Positions 18,933 to 28,429 of a stretch of 64,000 bases of DNA are shown piece after piece. Location of the stretch: positions 64,001 through 128,000 of the forward strand of contig JAUVXW010000007.1 in the NCBI GenBank assembly GCA_030603385.1, in the 5' to 3' direction. Every line of letters starts with the position of its first letter. Positions within the stretch are counted from its first letter, which is position 1. The notes under the pieces were generated by a model, which saw only the letters and a list, made by a program, of their open reading frames with translations, was not told the origin of the DNA and did no database searches. This DNA comes from Promethearchaeota archaeon (GTDB lineage: Archaea > Asgardarchaeota > Lokiarchaeia > Sigyniarchaeales > SOKP01). The position numbers and the translations under genes were made by a program.

Positions 18933-19436
18933 TTGATTGATAAAATTGAAGGTTATGCATATATTTTAGGAGATTATATCAACACAGATGATATTGTTCC
19001 AACTATTGCGTTAACCCTTAGAGATACCACTGAAATGGCTAAAAATACGCTGAAATACCTTCACCCGAACTTTGTAGGAATGGTAACAAAAAATAATATT
19101 ATTGTCGCTGGTGAAAATTTTGGAACAGGTAGTTCTAGGGAAGAAGCTGTTAACGTATTTAAAATTCTTGGAGTAAAAGCGATTATCGCAAAATCATTTG
19201 CTCGAATTTATTTTAGAAATTTGATTAATCTGGGCATTCCAGGAATTCAATTAAATTGGGATAAAAAAGATTTTTCTCAGGATGATCATTTAAAAATTAC
19301 ATTAAATAAGGGTCTTATATTTAACAAAACTAAAAATAAAGAAATAAATTTTAAGAAATTACCAGATTTTCTAACTAAAATATTAGAAGATGAAGGAATT
19401 TTAAATCAGTTAAAGAAGAAATTATTCAAAGGATAA
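18933..19436 (+). CDS. leuD: 3-isopropylmalate dehydratase/homoaconitase small subunit
   Basis: GDYINTDDIVP, AGENFGTGSSRE, SFARIYFRN.IN.G. Confidence 0.92.
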   Translation: MIDKIEGYAYILGDYINTDDIVPTIALTLRDTTEMAKNTLKYLHPNFVGMVTKNNIIVAGENFGTGSSREEAVNVFKILGVKAIIAKSFARIYFRNLINLGIPGIQLNWDKKDFSQDDHLKITLNKGLIFNKTKNKEINFKKLPDFLTKILEDEGILNQLKKKLFKG

Positions 19437-19438
19437 TG

Positions 19439-19975
19439 TCACATTAAACTTTCTATTTCTTTTTGGATTTCTTCAATACGTTTTCTAGATTTCAATAAAA
19501 TCTTACTTTTCCCATACTTTTGAAACCAACGATTAAATCTCTCTCTTATTGTAACTTCTCTTGTTCCAGCCATATGTTTATCTGCTAAACATATTATCTT
19601 TTCTTCTAATGATACTGGTAAAAAATCTTTTTCTGGCAGACCAAATCTCTTCGCATCTTCTACGTCTAAACCTCCCAAAATATGAGTTTCACAAATTTTA
19701 GCAAGTTTATCAGAAAAACCTCTGTCTCTTAAAATTTTTCCTCCGATTAGTGCATGTTTGAAGCCATGTGTTTTTGCTCTACCAATGTCATGTAGAAGTG
19801 CACCAATTTCAATTAGATTTTTATCTACTTCAACCTTAGTTATTTTATTTGCTATTTCTAAAGCTTTTTCTGCTACTTTTTCAGAATGCCGCCTAACTGA
19901 ATGCGGGATCTTTAATTTTTTAAGCAGATCGATTGCGTATTCACGATCTGGTAAAATTTCTTCTTTCTTAACCAT
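19439..19975 (-). CDS. HD-domain (HDIG) metal-dependent phosphohydrolase
   Basis: RRHSEKV, GALLHDIG, H...G, ETH, EEKIICLADK. Confidence 0.9.
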   Translation of the reverse strand: MVKKEEILPDREYAIDLLKKLKIPHSVRRHSEKVAEKALEIANKITKVEVDKNLIEIGALLHDIGRAKTHGFKHALIGGKILRDRGFSDKLAKICETHILGGLDVEDAKRFGLPEKDFLPVSLEEKIICLADKHMAGTREVTIRERFNRWFQKYGKSKILLKSRKRIEEIQKEIESLM

Positions 19976-20125
19976 TATTTTTTATAATTAATTAATTATC
20001 TTTAAATTTTAGTTATTAACAAAAATTAACGTTTCAATAATTATTATCCCTATACCAATAGAGAATGAGAATTTACGCAAGAACACTTTATGAAAGAATA
20101 ATACTGAATTTTAATTAAGCATATC

Positions 20126-20614
20126 CTAATAGAATTCCTCAAAGGGCCCACTAATTAATCCTCCAATCGAACCTCCTATAAACGCCCCTAACAGACCACT
20201 TATAATTCCACCTAAAGTTTCAGATAATTGTGTGCCTTGGAATAATGCCATCAAATCCTCACCAGAAACTATGCTTAAAATTATCCATAATAATATATCA
20301 ACAACTACTACTAGTAAACCTGCTATTATCCCTCTTCGCAAACCTTTTGCAATTGTACCACTAATATATCCTATAAAAAGCCATGCTAAAAGTTGGGCTG
20401 CGAAGAAACCTGAGACAGTTAAAGATCCAGTAAAAAACGCTATTATATCAAATTTAAAATTTGCTCCTATCAATAGTGCAGTTGCTTTTAGCAAATCAGT
20501 ATCAGCATAAATTTCGATTTGGTTAAAGATACTTTCCATATTAAAGAAAAACACACTTAAAAAGCTTAAAATAATTCCTATAAGAATCCCAAAAATCAAA
20601 CGGTAGGAAGCCAT
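20126..20614 (-). CDS. Hypothetical membrane protein
   Basis: About four Gly-rich hydrophobic segments. Confidence 0.7.
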   Translation of the reverse strand: MASYRLIFGILIGIILSFLSVFFFNMESIFNQIEIYADTDLLKATALLIGANFKFDIIAFFTGSLTVSGFFAAQLLAWLFIGYISGTIAKGLRRGIIAGLLVVVVDILLWIILSIVSGEDLMALFQGTQLSETLGGIISGLLGAFIGGSIGGLISGPFEEFY

Positions 20615-20837
20615 TGTTTAAATCAGCATAAATTTATTTATAATATTATAATTATGATTGAATAATAATTAAAATCATTTTTGCTATATTAATTCTTAAG
20701 TTCTGAATTAATTAGAAAGTTTCTCTTAATAAAATATTAAAGTTAAGATGTATTTAATCAAATATTCATAACTTTTTGAGAATTTTGTTATGGATTAATA
20801 GATTTAATAAAAATATAAAATAAATAAGGCTACTATA

Positions 20838-21647
20838 TTGGCTAAGAAGAAGAAAAAGACTGAAGAAAAAAGTGAAAAGAAAGAAGAGACCTTAGAAGAT
20901 TTTGAAGAAGAATTGGAAGTAGATTTTAAAGAAGATTTAGATCTTGAAGAAGAACTCGAGTTATTAGATACTGAAGACATCGAAGCTGGAATTGAACTAA
21001 GAGAAGAATTAGTTGATAAAGATGAGGAAAGAAAACAACTTTATTTAAGTTGTGGTATACACATTGGTACAAAATTATTAACCGGTGATGCTAGAAGATT
21101 TATTTATAGACAGACTAACTATGGGTTATACGTTATTGACTTAACTAAAACAGACGAAAGATTAAATATAGCAGCGAAGTTCTTAAGCAAGTATATTGAG
21201 GAAGGGAGTGACAGAGTGATAGTTACTTCTATTAGAAGATATGGAAAAGAACCAGTCAAAAAATTCTGTGAAGTTTTAGGGTGTAAATGTATTATTACTC
21301 GATTTATACCCGGAAGTTTAACCAATCCGCTTATAGACACGTATATAAAGGACGCGAGTGTCGTTGTAATTGTTGATCCACATGCCGATAAAGTAATTTT
21401 AAGAGAAGCGAAATTAGCTCGAATTCCTGTAGTATCTCTTTTTGATACTGATGATACCCTTGATGGCATAGATCTAGCAATTCCTGCAAATAATCGTGGT
21501 AAAAAAGCACTGGGATTAGCCTTTTGGTTCTTAGCTAGACAAATATTGTTAGAATTAGGGAAAATCGCGAGTGAAGAAGAATTTCCTTATGCGCTCGAAG
21601 AGTTCACCTCAAAAATAGTGCCTGTATATAGGCAAGAACAAAAATAG
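20838..21647 (+). CDS. rps2: Ribosomal protein uS2 with long acidic N-terminal extension
   Basis: GIHIGTK, GLYVIDL.KTDERL, RFIPGSLTN, DP.AD, IPANNRGKKAL. Confidence 0.95.
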   Translation: MAKKKKKTEEKSEKKEETLEDFEEELEVDFKEDLDLEEELELLDTEDIEAGIELREELVDKDEERKQLYLSCGIHIGTKLLTGDARRFIYRQTNYGLYVIDLTKTDERLNIAAKFLSKYIEEGSDRVIVTSIRRYGKEPVKKFCEVLGCKCIITRFIPGSLTNPLIDTYIKDASVVVIVDPHADKVILREAKLARIPVVSLFDTDDTLDGIDLAIPANNRGKKALGLAFWFLARQILLELGKIASEEEFPYALEEFTSKIVPVYRQEQK

Positions 21648-21901
21648 CCTGACCAATATATCTCATTTTTATTCCTTATTTAACACCCAAAATGTTAGGA
21701 AGTTTAGAGATATTGTTAAGAAAATCTCTTACTTGAGATCGACTGAAAAATCAAAAATTCTATTAATTATTAATTTCCCTGTTAAACAAGTTAATTTTTC
21801 TTATTAGAAAACATTTTAATCTTTTTAATTATTTATAATAAATTTTTAATCTTAAATCAATTAACTAACATAGTAATCAATTACAAATTTTAAGTGATTT
21901 A

Positions 21902-22678
21902 TTGAAAAAAATTATCTCATTTTCTGGAAAGGGTGGAGTTGGTAAATCTACTCTCCTCGTCTTAATGCTCAAATATCTACTTGAAAAATTTGATAATCTC
22001 GATATCTTAGTGATTGACGCCGATCCTGACGCAAACATCGGAGATCTCATCGGCAAAGAAATCCATTTTAAAGAAACTGTCAGCGGAAAAATGACGATCC
22101 TAAAGGATAAAATTCAGAAACGACAAATACCCCTCGACGTCTCGAAAGATCAAATCATCGAATCTGAAGTGTTTGAAGCCTTAATCGAGATGGATGACTT
22201 CGATATTTTAGAAATGGGGCGGGGGGAGGGTAGTGGTTGTTATTGTAGCGTGAATAACACCCTGAAACGCATTATTGACATATTATCCAAGAATTATGAT
22301 ATTGTCCTCATCGATTCCCCTGCAGGATTGGAACATTTCGCTCGAAAGACGGGTCGCAACGTTACTGATCTCATTATTGTGACTGATCCAAGCAAAATGG
22401 GGTTCCATACTATGGAACGAATAATTGAAGTAAGCAAAGAAGTAAACCTTCTCTTCGAAAATATCCTTATTGTTGGAAATAGATTTCCAGAAGACCTGAA
22501 AAACCTCTTAACTGAACGTGTGGAAAATATTAAGGAAAGAAACGTAAGATTTTTAGGATTATTGCCGAATGATGATGAAATCAGTAAAATGAATCTTGTT
22601 GGGGAAAATTTGTTACAACTACCCAGTGAGAGCAAGACATATAAAACAGCAAAAGAGCTATTTTCTGCCATTATTTAG
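21902..22678 (+). CDS. cooC: CooC-family Ni-insertion/CODH maturation ATPase
   Basis: GKGGVGKST, IDADPDAN, EGSGCYC (CxC), D.PAGLEH.R. Confidence 0.88.
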   Translation: MKKIISFSGKGGVGKSTLLVLMLKYLLEKFDNLDILVIDADPDANIGDLIGKEIHFKETVSGKMTILKDKIQKRQIPLDVSKDQIIESEVFEALIEMDDFDILEMGRGEGSGCYCSVNNTLKRIIDILSKNYDIVLIDSPAGLEHFARKTGRNVTDLIIVTDPSKMGFHTMERIIEVSKEVNLLFENILIVGNRFPEDLKNLLTERVENIKERNVRFLGLLPNDDEISKMNLVGENLLQLPSESKTYKTAKELFSAII

Positions 22679-22933
22679 GTTTAAAAAAAATTATGAAAAA
22701 GCAGTTAAATCTAAGTTTTCCTGCTTGAATGTTATCCAGTCGTATTTCTGTGAGTTTCTAACTTCCTTTCCTGTTATTTTCTTGTAATTTATTCTGATAT
22801 ATTCCTGAAACTCATCGTAATCTATTGTATGAGGAATTTAATTAAATACGATTAAGTAGGAAATTGACAAAATATTCATAGATCACTATTCTGAAATTGA
22901 ATTAGAAAAATATGAATATATCAATTTCTCAAG

Positions 22934-23437
22934 TTAATACAAAATGAAATTATTTCTCTTCAAACAACGGATTAAGGAACTCTTGACCTCATCATTTTTA
23001 TATAGACTGACAGCTTTTTGGGACTTTAAAATCGAATTGATACTTTTTTCTTTACATATCTGTTCAGAAATTCCTTCTATCCATAACTCAAGGATGTTGA
23101 TATTATCCAAAATGTTATAAAGATACTCTTTTTTAGAAATGTTGATTTGTTTTTTAAAAAGAACAGAGATCATCAAATCGTGACATCCCCCTCGAGCTTT
23201 TTTGTCTCCTATTGCAAAACAATGATTCAAAGAGACCGTTTTATCATGTTGTACATAACAATGGCTGAATGTGTCTCCATCTGTATGGAATTCCATCAAA
23301 TTTGTAATCTCATTTTCTGGGATGCCAATTCCTTTTTCTGGGATTCCAATTCCAAATTTGATCAACACAATTGGTCCAATTTTGATGTCAAAATAAGAAA
23401 TAACCATTTCATATGGTAAATCTATAATTTCAATCAC
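22934..23437 (-). CDS. Longin/uDENN-like domain protein (putative)
   Basis: SYFDIKIGP motif, F.H...LN..F.I..K.ARGG...MISV pattern typical of Asgard longin-like domains; short internal duplication GIPEK/GIPEN. Confidence 0.6.
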   Translation of the reverse strand: MIEIIDLPYEMVISYFDIKIGPIVLIKFGIGIPEKGIGIPENEITNLMEFHTDGDTFSHCYVQHDKTVSLNHCFAIGDKKARGGCHDLMISVLFKKQINISKKEYLYNILDNINILELWIEGISEQICKEKSINSILKSQKAVSLYKNDEVKSSLIRCLKRNNFILY

Positions 23438-23600
23438 TTTTAACCTAATCTCGTTTTATTAATTATTTTCTAATAAGAAATACTTCATTTTTTTATATTT
23501 TTAATTAATTTTTGTAAAAATTCGTAAAGGATAATTTGAGCAGAAAAAATGGCATCTTTACTCATATTTTTTTCTATATGGTTTCTTTAGAGGAGCTTAA

Positions 23601-24134
23601 TCAATGAACAAAAGTTCCTATAATTTCCCGAATTCTGTCGATATAATAGAAACTTTGATTAATAATATGTTTTAAATCAACAGAATCATAAAATGCAATT
23701 GTTAAAATAGCTGCTTTTCCTGCCCATACACAAATTATTTTACCTTTTGCAGAATTGACAAAAATTGATTGTAAATCTCCATGTTCACATTCAATTCCAA
23801 CACGTTCACTTAGTGATATTATTGCTGTTGTCATTGCCGCAACATGCATTTCATCCCAATCAGCTTCTGGATTAAAAACAATTGGAATACCGCCAACACC
23901 TATTAAGGATACATTTCTTACTCCTTCAATCAACTTCAGCATCTTTAAACAGGGGTAAATTTGTTCTTCTAATTTCTTATCAGTGTTAGTAGAAACTTCT
24001 TTAGACCACCTTGCTAGTGTTGTTTGACTCACATTAAACTTATTTTCGGTTTCATAATATGTATGATCTTTTAAAAATTCCAATATATTTTGCTTTTCTT
24101 CATTTGAATATCGTTTTCCTTGCATTTTGATCAC
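23601..24134 (-). CDS. HTH-Roadblock/LAMTOR2 fusion protein
   Basis: N-term KRYSNEEK...KFNVSQTTLARW (HTH); C-term GV..VSLIG..GIPI...VAAMTTAIISLSER...GDLQSIFV....G...AG..AIL (Roadblock). Confidence 0.8.
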   Translation of the reverse strand: MIKMQGKRYSNEEKQNILEFLKDHTYYETENKFNVSQTTLARWSKEVSTNTDKKLEEQIYPCLKMLKLIEGVRNVSLIGVGGIPIVFNPEADWDEMHVAAMTTAIISLSERVGIECEHGDLQSIFVNSAKGKIICVWAGKAAILTIAFYDSVDLKHIINQSFYYIDRIREIIGTFVH

Positions 24135-24149
24135 TATGAATAATAAAGA

Positions 24150-24244
24150 AGTATTAGTATATAAATCTATCTAAGTGTAGTTTAGAGATAGAGTGTTAGT
24201 AAGTATTAGTAAACCGATTTAAAAAATTAAAAATAGTGTTAGTC
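24150..24244 (-). promoter_or_regulatory. Promoter of HTH-Roadblock gene with repeated AGTRTTAGTA boxes
   Basis: TATA-like TTTATATA (minus strand, 24165-24158); + strand AGT(A/G)TTAGT at 24150, 24192, 24202, 24235. Confidence 0.5.
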
Positions 24245-24388
24245 ATTAACAATTTACGCTTAAAAAATCTAGACATTGTATCTACACAAAAATTTTGATT
24301 CCTTAACTGAAGAAAATATGTTAGATCTACAAAAAGATAATTCTTCTTATAAGGAAGCAAGAGAAATATTCGTAAAAATTATATGAAA

Positions 24389-25051
24389 TTAAATAAAATC
24401 ACTAATCCTTTTATTTCGAAAGCGTTTTTCTACTCCGCCTCTCATCCCAGGTAATTCAAAACACTTATCTGGAATCATCTTTTTATAGTAAGGTTGGTTC
24501 TCTCGTTCAGAAATAAACTGTGAATTATATAATGTCTCGAAGATTTGTTCACCAGAAAATTGGATATCATCGAAATATGGAATAAGAGGATGATTTTTAC
24601 TTACTTCTTCGACTACTGTTTTTAAAGGACTGTCAATCTCACGAATTTTCCCTCCTTCATCCATTGTCGAAGTTTTATGGTTATGTTCATTATATAGACA
24701 GACTATACAATCTGGCCATCTCTTATGGAAATAACCCAAGACACGGTCCATCACCTTATGTTTGAGGGATACTATTCCAAATAAAACCCCCCTATTATTG
24801 ATTTCTGTACGAGTAAATTGTATCGCTCGATAGGTTTCTTTAGAAATCTCACGCATCATACGATTAATCTTTTTTGCGATTAGAGTACCAGAATTACGTA
24901 AGATTACCTCTGGAATTTTATTAATCTGTTGGATAAGAGCAGGATAAAAGTTACAATGGCGGGGAAGATTATGAATTAATTCCTCACGTGAATGACCTCT
25001 AGCACACCCAACGACTTCCAGTGGATCTTTCTCCTTAATTAATTTTCTCAA
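24389..25051 (-). CDS. DUF4130-like putative DNA repair protein (TIGR03915-like partner)
   Basis: ETYRAIQFTR, H.V...YF..RWP, LYNSQFI.EREN...MIP pattern; 4-nt overlap with upstream radical SAM gene. Confidence 0.7.
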   Translation of the reverse strand: MRKLIKEKDPLEVVGCARGHSREELIHNLPRHCNFYPALIQQINKIPEVILRNSGTLIAKKINRMMREISKETYRAIQFTRTEINNRGVLFGIVSLKHKVMDRVLGYFHKRWPDCIVCLYNEHNHKTSTMDEGGKIREIDSPLKTVVEEVSKNHPLIPYFDDIQFSGEQIFETLYNSQFISERENQPYYKKMIPDKCFELPGMRGGVEKRFRNKRISDFI

Positions 25052-26376
25052 ACGATTTCCCTCTGTGAAACATTATCATTAATTATGTCGAAATACTTAT
25101 TTAAAGTCGTTTGATTATGTCCATTTATCAGGAGGTAAGGTTCAGCTCGTTTTAATACCACACCAACAGATTTAAGATCTTGCCGACGTTTAAATACAAA
25201 TTTCTTTGCTCGTAAATTTATTATACGTTTAGCAGATATAGGTCCAATTCCAGGAACAAGTAACAACTCTCGGTAAGAGGCCTGATTGGGATCTACAGGA
25301 TTACGATCTTTAAAATATTCACTTGCTAAATGCATTTTCGGGTCTCCTTTAGGTAAATTACCTTCTTCGTTAAATATTTCTTCCAAATCTTTTAATTTAT
25401 AATGGTAAATTCTTAATAGCCAATCACTTTGATATAGCCGATGTTCTCTTGCTAGTGAGGCTGCTTGTTTACCGGCTAGCGGTGTTCCTTCGATTGGAAT
25501 AAATGAAGAGAAATAAGCTCGCCTTAAATCAATTTCTCGGTATCCCCAATCGATTCTCTTAAGTAGGTCATAATCACTTTCATTTTCTGCAGCTCCCACT
25601 ACAAATTGGGTTGTCTGTCCACTATTGAGAATTGGAGCCTCATCCCATCGAAATTTTTTATAGCCATTTTCTCTTCGATCCTTAATCATTTTTTCTTGGT
25701 ATCTCAATTTGTAGTCTTGCTCAATATCTCTCAGTTCTTTAAGAGCTTGGTCATTATGTTTGATCCTAATCTGTTTTAACCAGCGTTGACGTGTTATAAT
25801 GTCATTATTAAAATCTTTTTGTTCTGCAATTTCTGCAAGATAATCTTTAGAAGAAGCTTCTGTATTGATTGAAATACGATCGGAAAGAGATATTGCTTCT
25901 TTAAGGAGATATTGACTTACACCAGGTAAACACTTAAAATGTACATATCCTCGAAAATTATATTTAAATCGAAGTAATCGAATTGCTTCTAACATTTCTT
26001 CGGTAGTTTTATCAGCACTACCACAAACAGCTGATGAAATAAATACTCCTTCTACAACATTCATCGAATAAAGTTTCATAAATGTACGAGCGTATTCTTC
26101 TGGAGTAAAACTCATCTTTCGCTTACAACTATGTGTAAAACAGTACTTACAATTATAAATACATTTGTTAGTATATAGAGTCTTGAAAAGACTCATACAC
26201 CGTCCATCAGGAGTATAACTGTGGCAAATTCCAGCGCTTGCTGTATTCCCAATCCAACTTTTTGTATCTCCAAAAAGTTTTGGATATTTATCGGTACGAC
26301 TAGAAGCCGTACTAGCACAAATATCATATTTAGAATTTTCTCCCAAAACACGAATCTTTTCTAAAGTTGACGGCAC
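25048..26376 (-). CDS. Putative DNA modification/repair radical SAM protein (TIGR03916-like) with C-terminal HhH
   Basis: KYDICAS, GICHSYTPDGRC, CIYNCKYC, GQTTQ, REHRLYQSDWLLR, LL.VPGIGP.SA. Confidence 0.9.
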   Translation of the reverse strand: MPSTLEKIRVLGENSKYDICASTASSRTDKYPKLFGDTKSWIGNTASAGICHSYTPDGRCMSLFKTLYTNKCIYNCKYCFTHSCKRKMSFTPEEYARTFMKLYSMNVVEGVFISSAVCGSADKTTEEMLEAIRLLRFKYNFRGYVHFKCLPGVSQYLLKEAISLSDRISINTEASSKDYLAEIAEQKDFNNDIITRQRWLKQIRIKHNDQALKELRDIEQDYKLRYQEKMIKDRRENGYKKFRWDEAPILNSGQTTQFVVGAAENESDYDLLKRIDWGYREIDLRRAYFSSFIPIEGTPLAGKQAASLAREHRLYQSDWLLRIYHYKLKDLEEIFNEEGNLPKGDPKMHLASEYFKDRNPVDPNQASYRELLLVPGIGPISAKRIINLRAKKFVFKRRQDLKSVGVVLKRAEPYLLINGHNQTTLNKYFDIINDNVSQREIV

Positions 26377-26578
26377 TTCTCTGTCAGCTAAATGGAATAG
26401 TATTCATTAATTTTGTTATAAGTCAATTTTTGATGATTACTTTATAAAAAGGAGGGGGCATATGGAATTTTCAAAATAACTTTAATGATCAATGTTTTGT
26501 TTATAAACAAACTTAAATCTATTTTTAGTTTATTCAAATTATATTCAATAAAAACTTATAAATAAGTCGGAATTAAGG

Positions 26579-28405
26579 ATGCAGAAGTATACGGGTGGAG
26601 AAATAATCTCCAAATATCTGATCAAAGAAGGAGTAAAATATGTTATCGGAATTTCGGGGCATGGAAACCTCCCTCTCGTCGATGCTTTCTTCAAAGATCA
26701 AGATAAGCTTACTTTAATTCAGCCGAAACAAGAAATGAGTGGTGTACATATAGCTATAGGTTATTATAGAATCACAGGGAAACCTTTAACAGTTTTTACT
26801 TCAATAGGACCAGGAGCAATTAATACTGCCATCGGAATTGCAGATGCATACGTGGATAGTATGCCTGTTTTAGTTCTTACAGGCGATACACACGTACATA
26901 TGAGAGGTAAAGGTGTTTTACAAGAAATTGAACGGAAAAGGGACTCAGATATGCTAAGAATTCTTGAACCAATCGTTAAACGAAGTTTTCAGGTTGATAC
27001 AGTAGGTCAATTACCCTCAATAATGCAACGAGCATTTAATCAAATGATGACGGGACGAAAAGGTCCAATTCATATAGATCTCCCTATAGATGTTCAATCA
27101 TATGCTATAAGTACTGAAATCCCTAATCCTATTAAACACAAATCTCAAGGGAGAATTTTCGGTGATCCTGAATTAATTACTAATGTTGCTATCCTCTTAA
27201 AAGAAGCTAAAAGACCTGTTTTACTATTAGGCGGTGGAGTTGTTTCGTCTGAAGCATTTAAAGAGGTTAAGAGCTTAGCTGAAAAGATTGGAGCTGGTGT
27301 CGTAGCTACGATGATGGCGAAAGATGCATTTCCAAATGATCATCCTCTTTTTTGTTGGGCTACTGGAAGCAAAGGAACTACTATTGGTTTAAAGATCACA
27401 TCCACTGCAGATTTAATACTTGCGATTGGTTGTAGATTTGCTGACGAAACAGCAAGTTCCTATAAAGATGGAGTAAGTTTTTCAATTCCACCCACAAAAT
27501 TAATACAGATTGATATTGATCAACATGAGATAGGTAAAAATTATCCTGTTGAACTTGGAATAACAGGTGATGCTAAAGCATGTTTAAGGCAAATTATTGA
27601 CGAACTAGGTGATTACAAAGAAGAATATGAAAAAACCGATTATTTCAAAGAAATCCAAGAAGAAAAGAAAAAATGGTTCGAAATTTTAAAAGAACATAGA
27701 AATAATAATAATAATAATCTCCCAAATCTTATGATTTCAACAGTTTTACAAGAAATTCGGCAGTTTTTCGATAGAGATACGATTTTTATTACTAGTTCTG
27801 GAAACGTTCAAGCTCAAATGATACAAGAATTGGAATTCTACGAACCAAAAACATGTATCACGGCGGGTGGTTTTTCAACTATGGGATATAGTGTCCCAGC
27901 GGGAATAGGAGCAAAATTAGGGTCAATTGATGTTGGAAAACCTGATCGTCAAGTGGTATCTCTTGTAGGTGATGGAGACTTTATGATGACAATTTCAGAG
28001 TTATCGGTTGCTGTCCAATTAGGATTGAAAAATATATTCTTTATTGTATTGAATAATTATGGGTGGATTGCAATCAAAGACCTTCAACAAGCCGCATTTG
28101 GTGAAGATCGAGGTTATGGTACAGCATTTGAAGATAAAGATGGAAATCCTTATTCACCTGATTTTGCCAAAATCGCTGAAGGTTTTGGTTGTTATGCTGA
28201 AAAAATCTTTGAGAAAAAAGAAATTATACCAGCTTTAGAGAGGGCAAGTAAATCAAACAAACCGGCGGTTATAGAGATTTTAGTTAATAGAACTTTTCCT
28301 TTTACAGGTTCACCAGCATTTGGTTGGTGGGACGTTCCAATACCCGAATATTTAGAAGATAGAAGAAGGAAATACGAAGAGGAGATTAAAGGAGAAAAAC
28401 TATGA
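26579..28405 (+). CDS. Thiamine-pyrophosphate enzyme, acetolactate synthase-like
   Basis: SIGPGAIN, GPIHIDLP, IQIDID, GFSTMGY..PAGIGAK, GDGDF...LNN. Confidence 0.9.
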   Translation: MQKYTGGEIISKYLIKEGVKYVIGISGHGNLPLVDAFFKDQDKLTLIQPKQEMSGVHIAIGYYRITGKPLTVFTSIGPGAINTAIGIADAYVDSMPVLVLTGDTHVHMRGKGVLQEIERKRDSDMLRILEPIVKRSFQVDTVGQLPSIMQRAFNQMMTGRKGPIHIDLPIDVQSYAISTEIPNPIKHKSQGRIFGDPELITNVAILLKEAKRPVLLLGGGVVSSEAFKEVKSLAEKIGAGVVATMMAKDAFPNDHPLFCWATGSKGTTIGLKITSTADLILAIGCRFADETASSYKDGVSFSIPPTKLIQIDIDQHEIGKNYPVELGITGDAKACLRQIIDELGDYKEEYEKTDYFKEIQEEKKKWFEILKEHRNNNNNNLPNLMISTVLQEIRQFFDRDTIFITSSGNVQAQMIQELEFYEPKTCITAGGFSTMGYSVPAGIGAKLGSIDVGKPDRQVVSLVGDGDFMMTISELSVAVQLGLKNIFFIVLNNYGWIAIKDLQQAAFGEDRGYGTAFEDKDGNPYSPDFAKIAEGFGCYAEKIFEKKEIIPALERASKSNKPAVIEILVNRTFPFTGSPAFGWWDVPIPEYLEDRRRKYEEEIKGEKL

Positions 28406-28429
28406 TGGTCAATTCGGAGAATAATATCA

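Noticed and set aside
22691-22880. Coding-like minus-strand stretch (IPHTIDYDEFQEYIRINYKK...) preceded by an in-frame TAA
   Set aside because: Only 48 codons with no canonical start and no recognisable family; may be a gene remnant but cannot be supported.
23990-24134. Transposase-type HTH suggesting an IS element
   Set aside because: No DDE or other catalytic domain, terminal inverted repeats or target duplication; the HTH is fused to a Roadblock domain.
27701-27718. (AAT)6 microsatellite encoding poly-Asn in the TPP enzyme
   Set aside because: In-frame and in an interdomain linker; no evident consequence.
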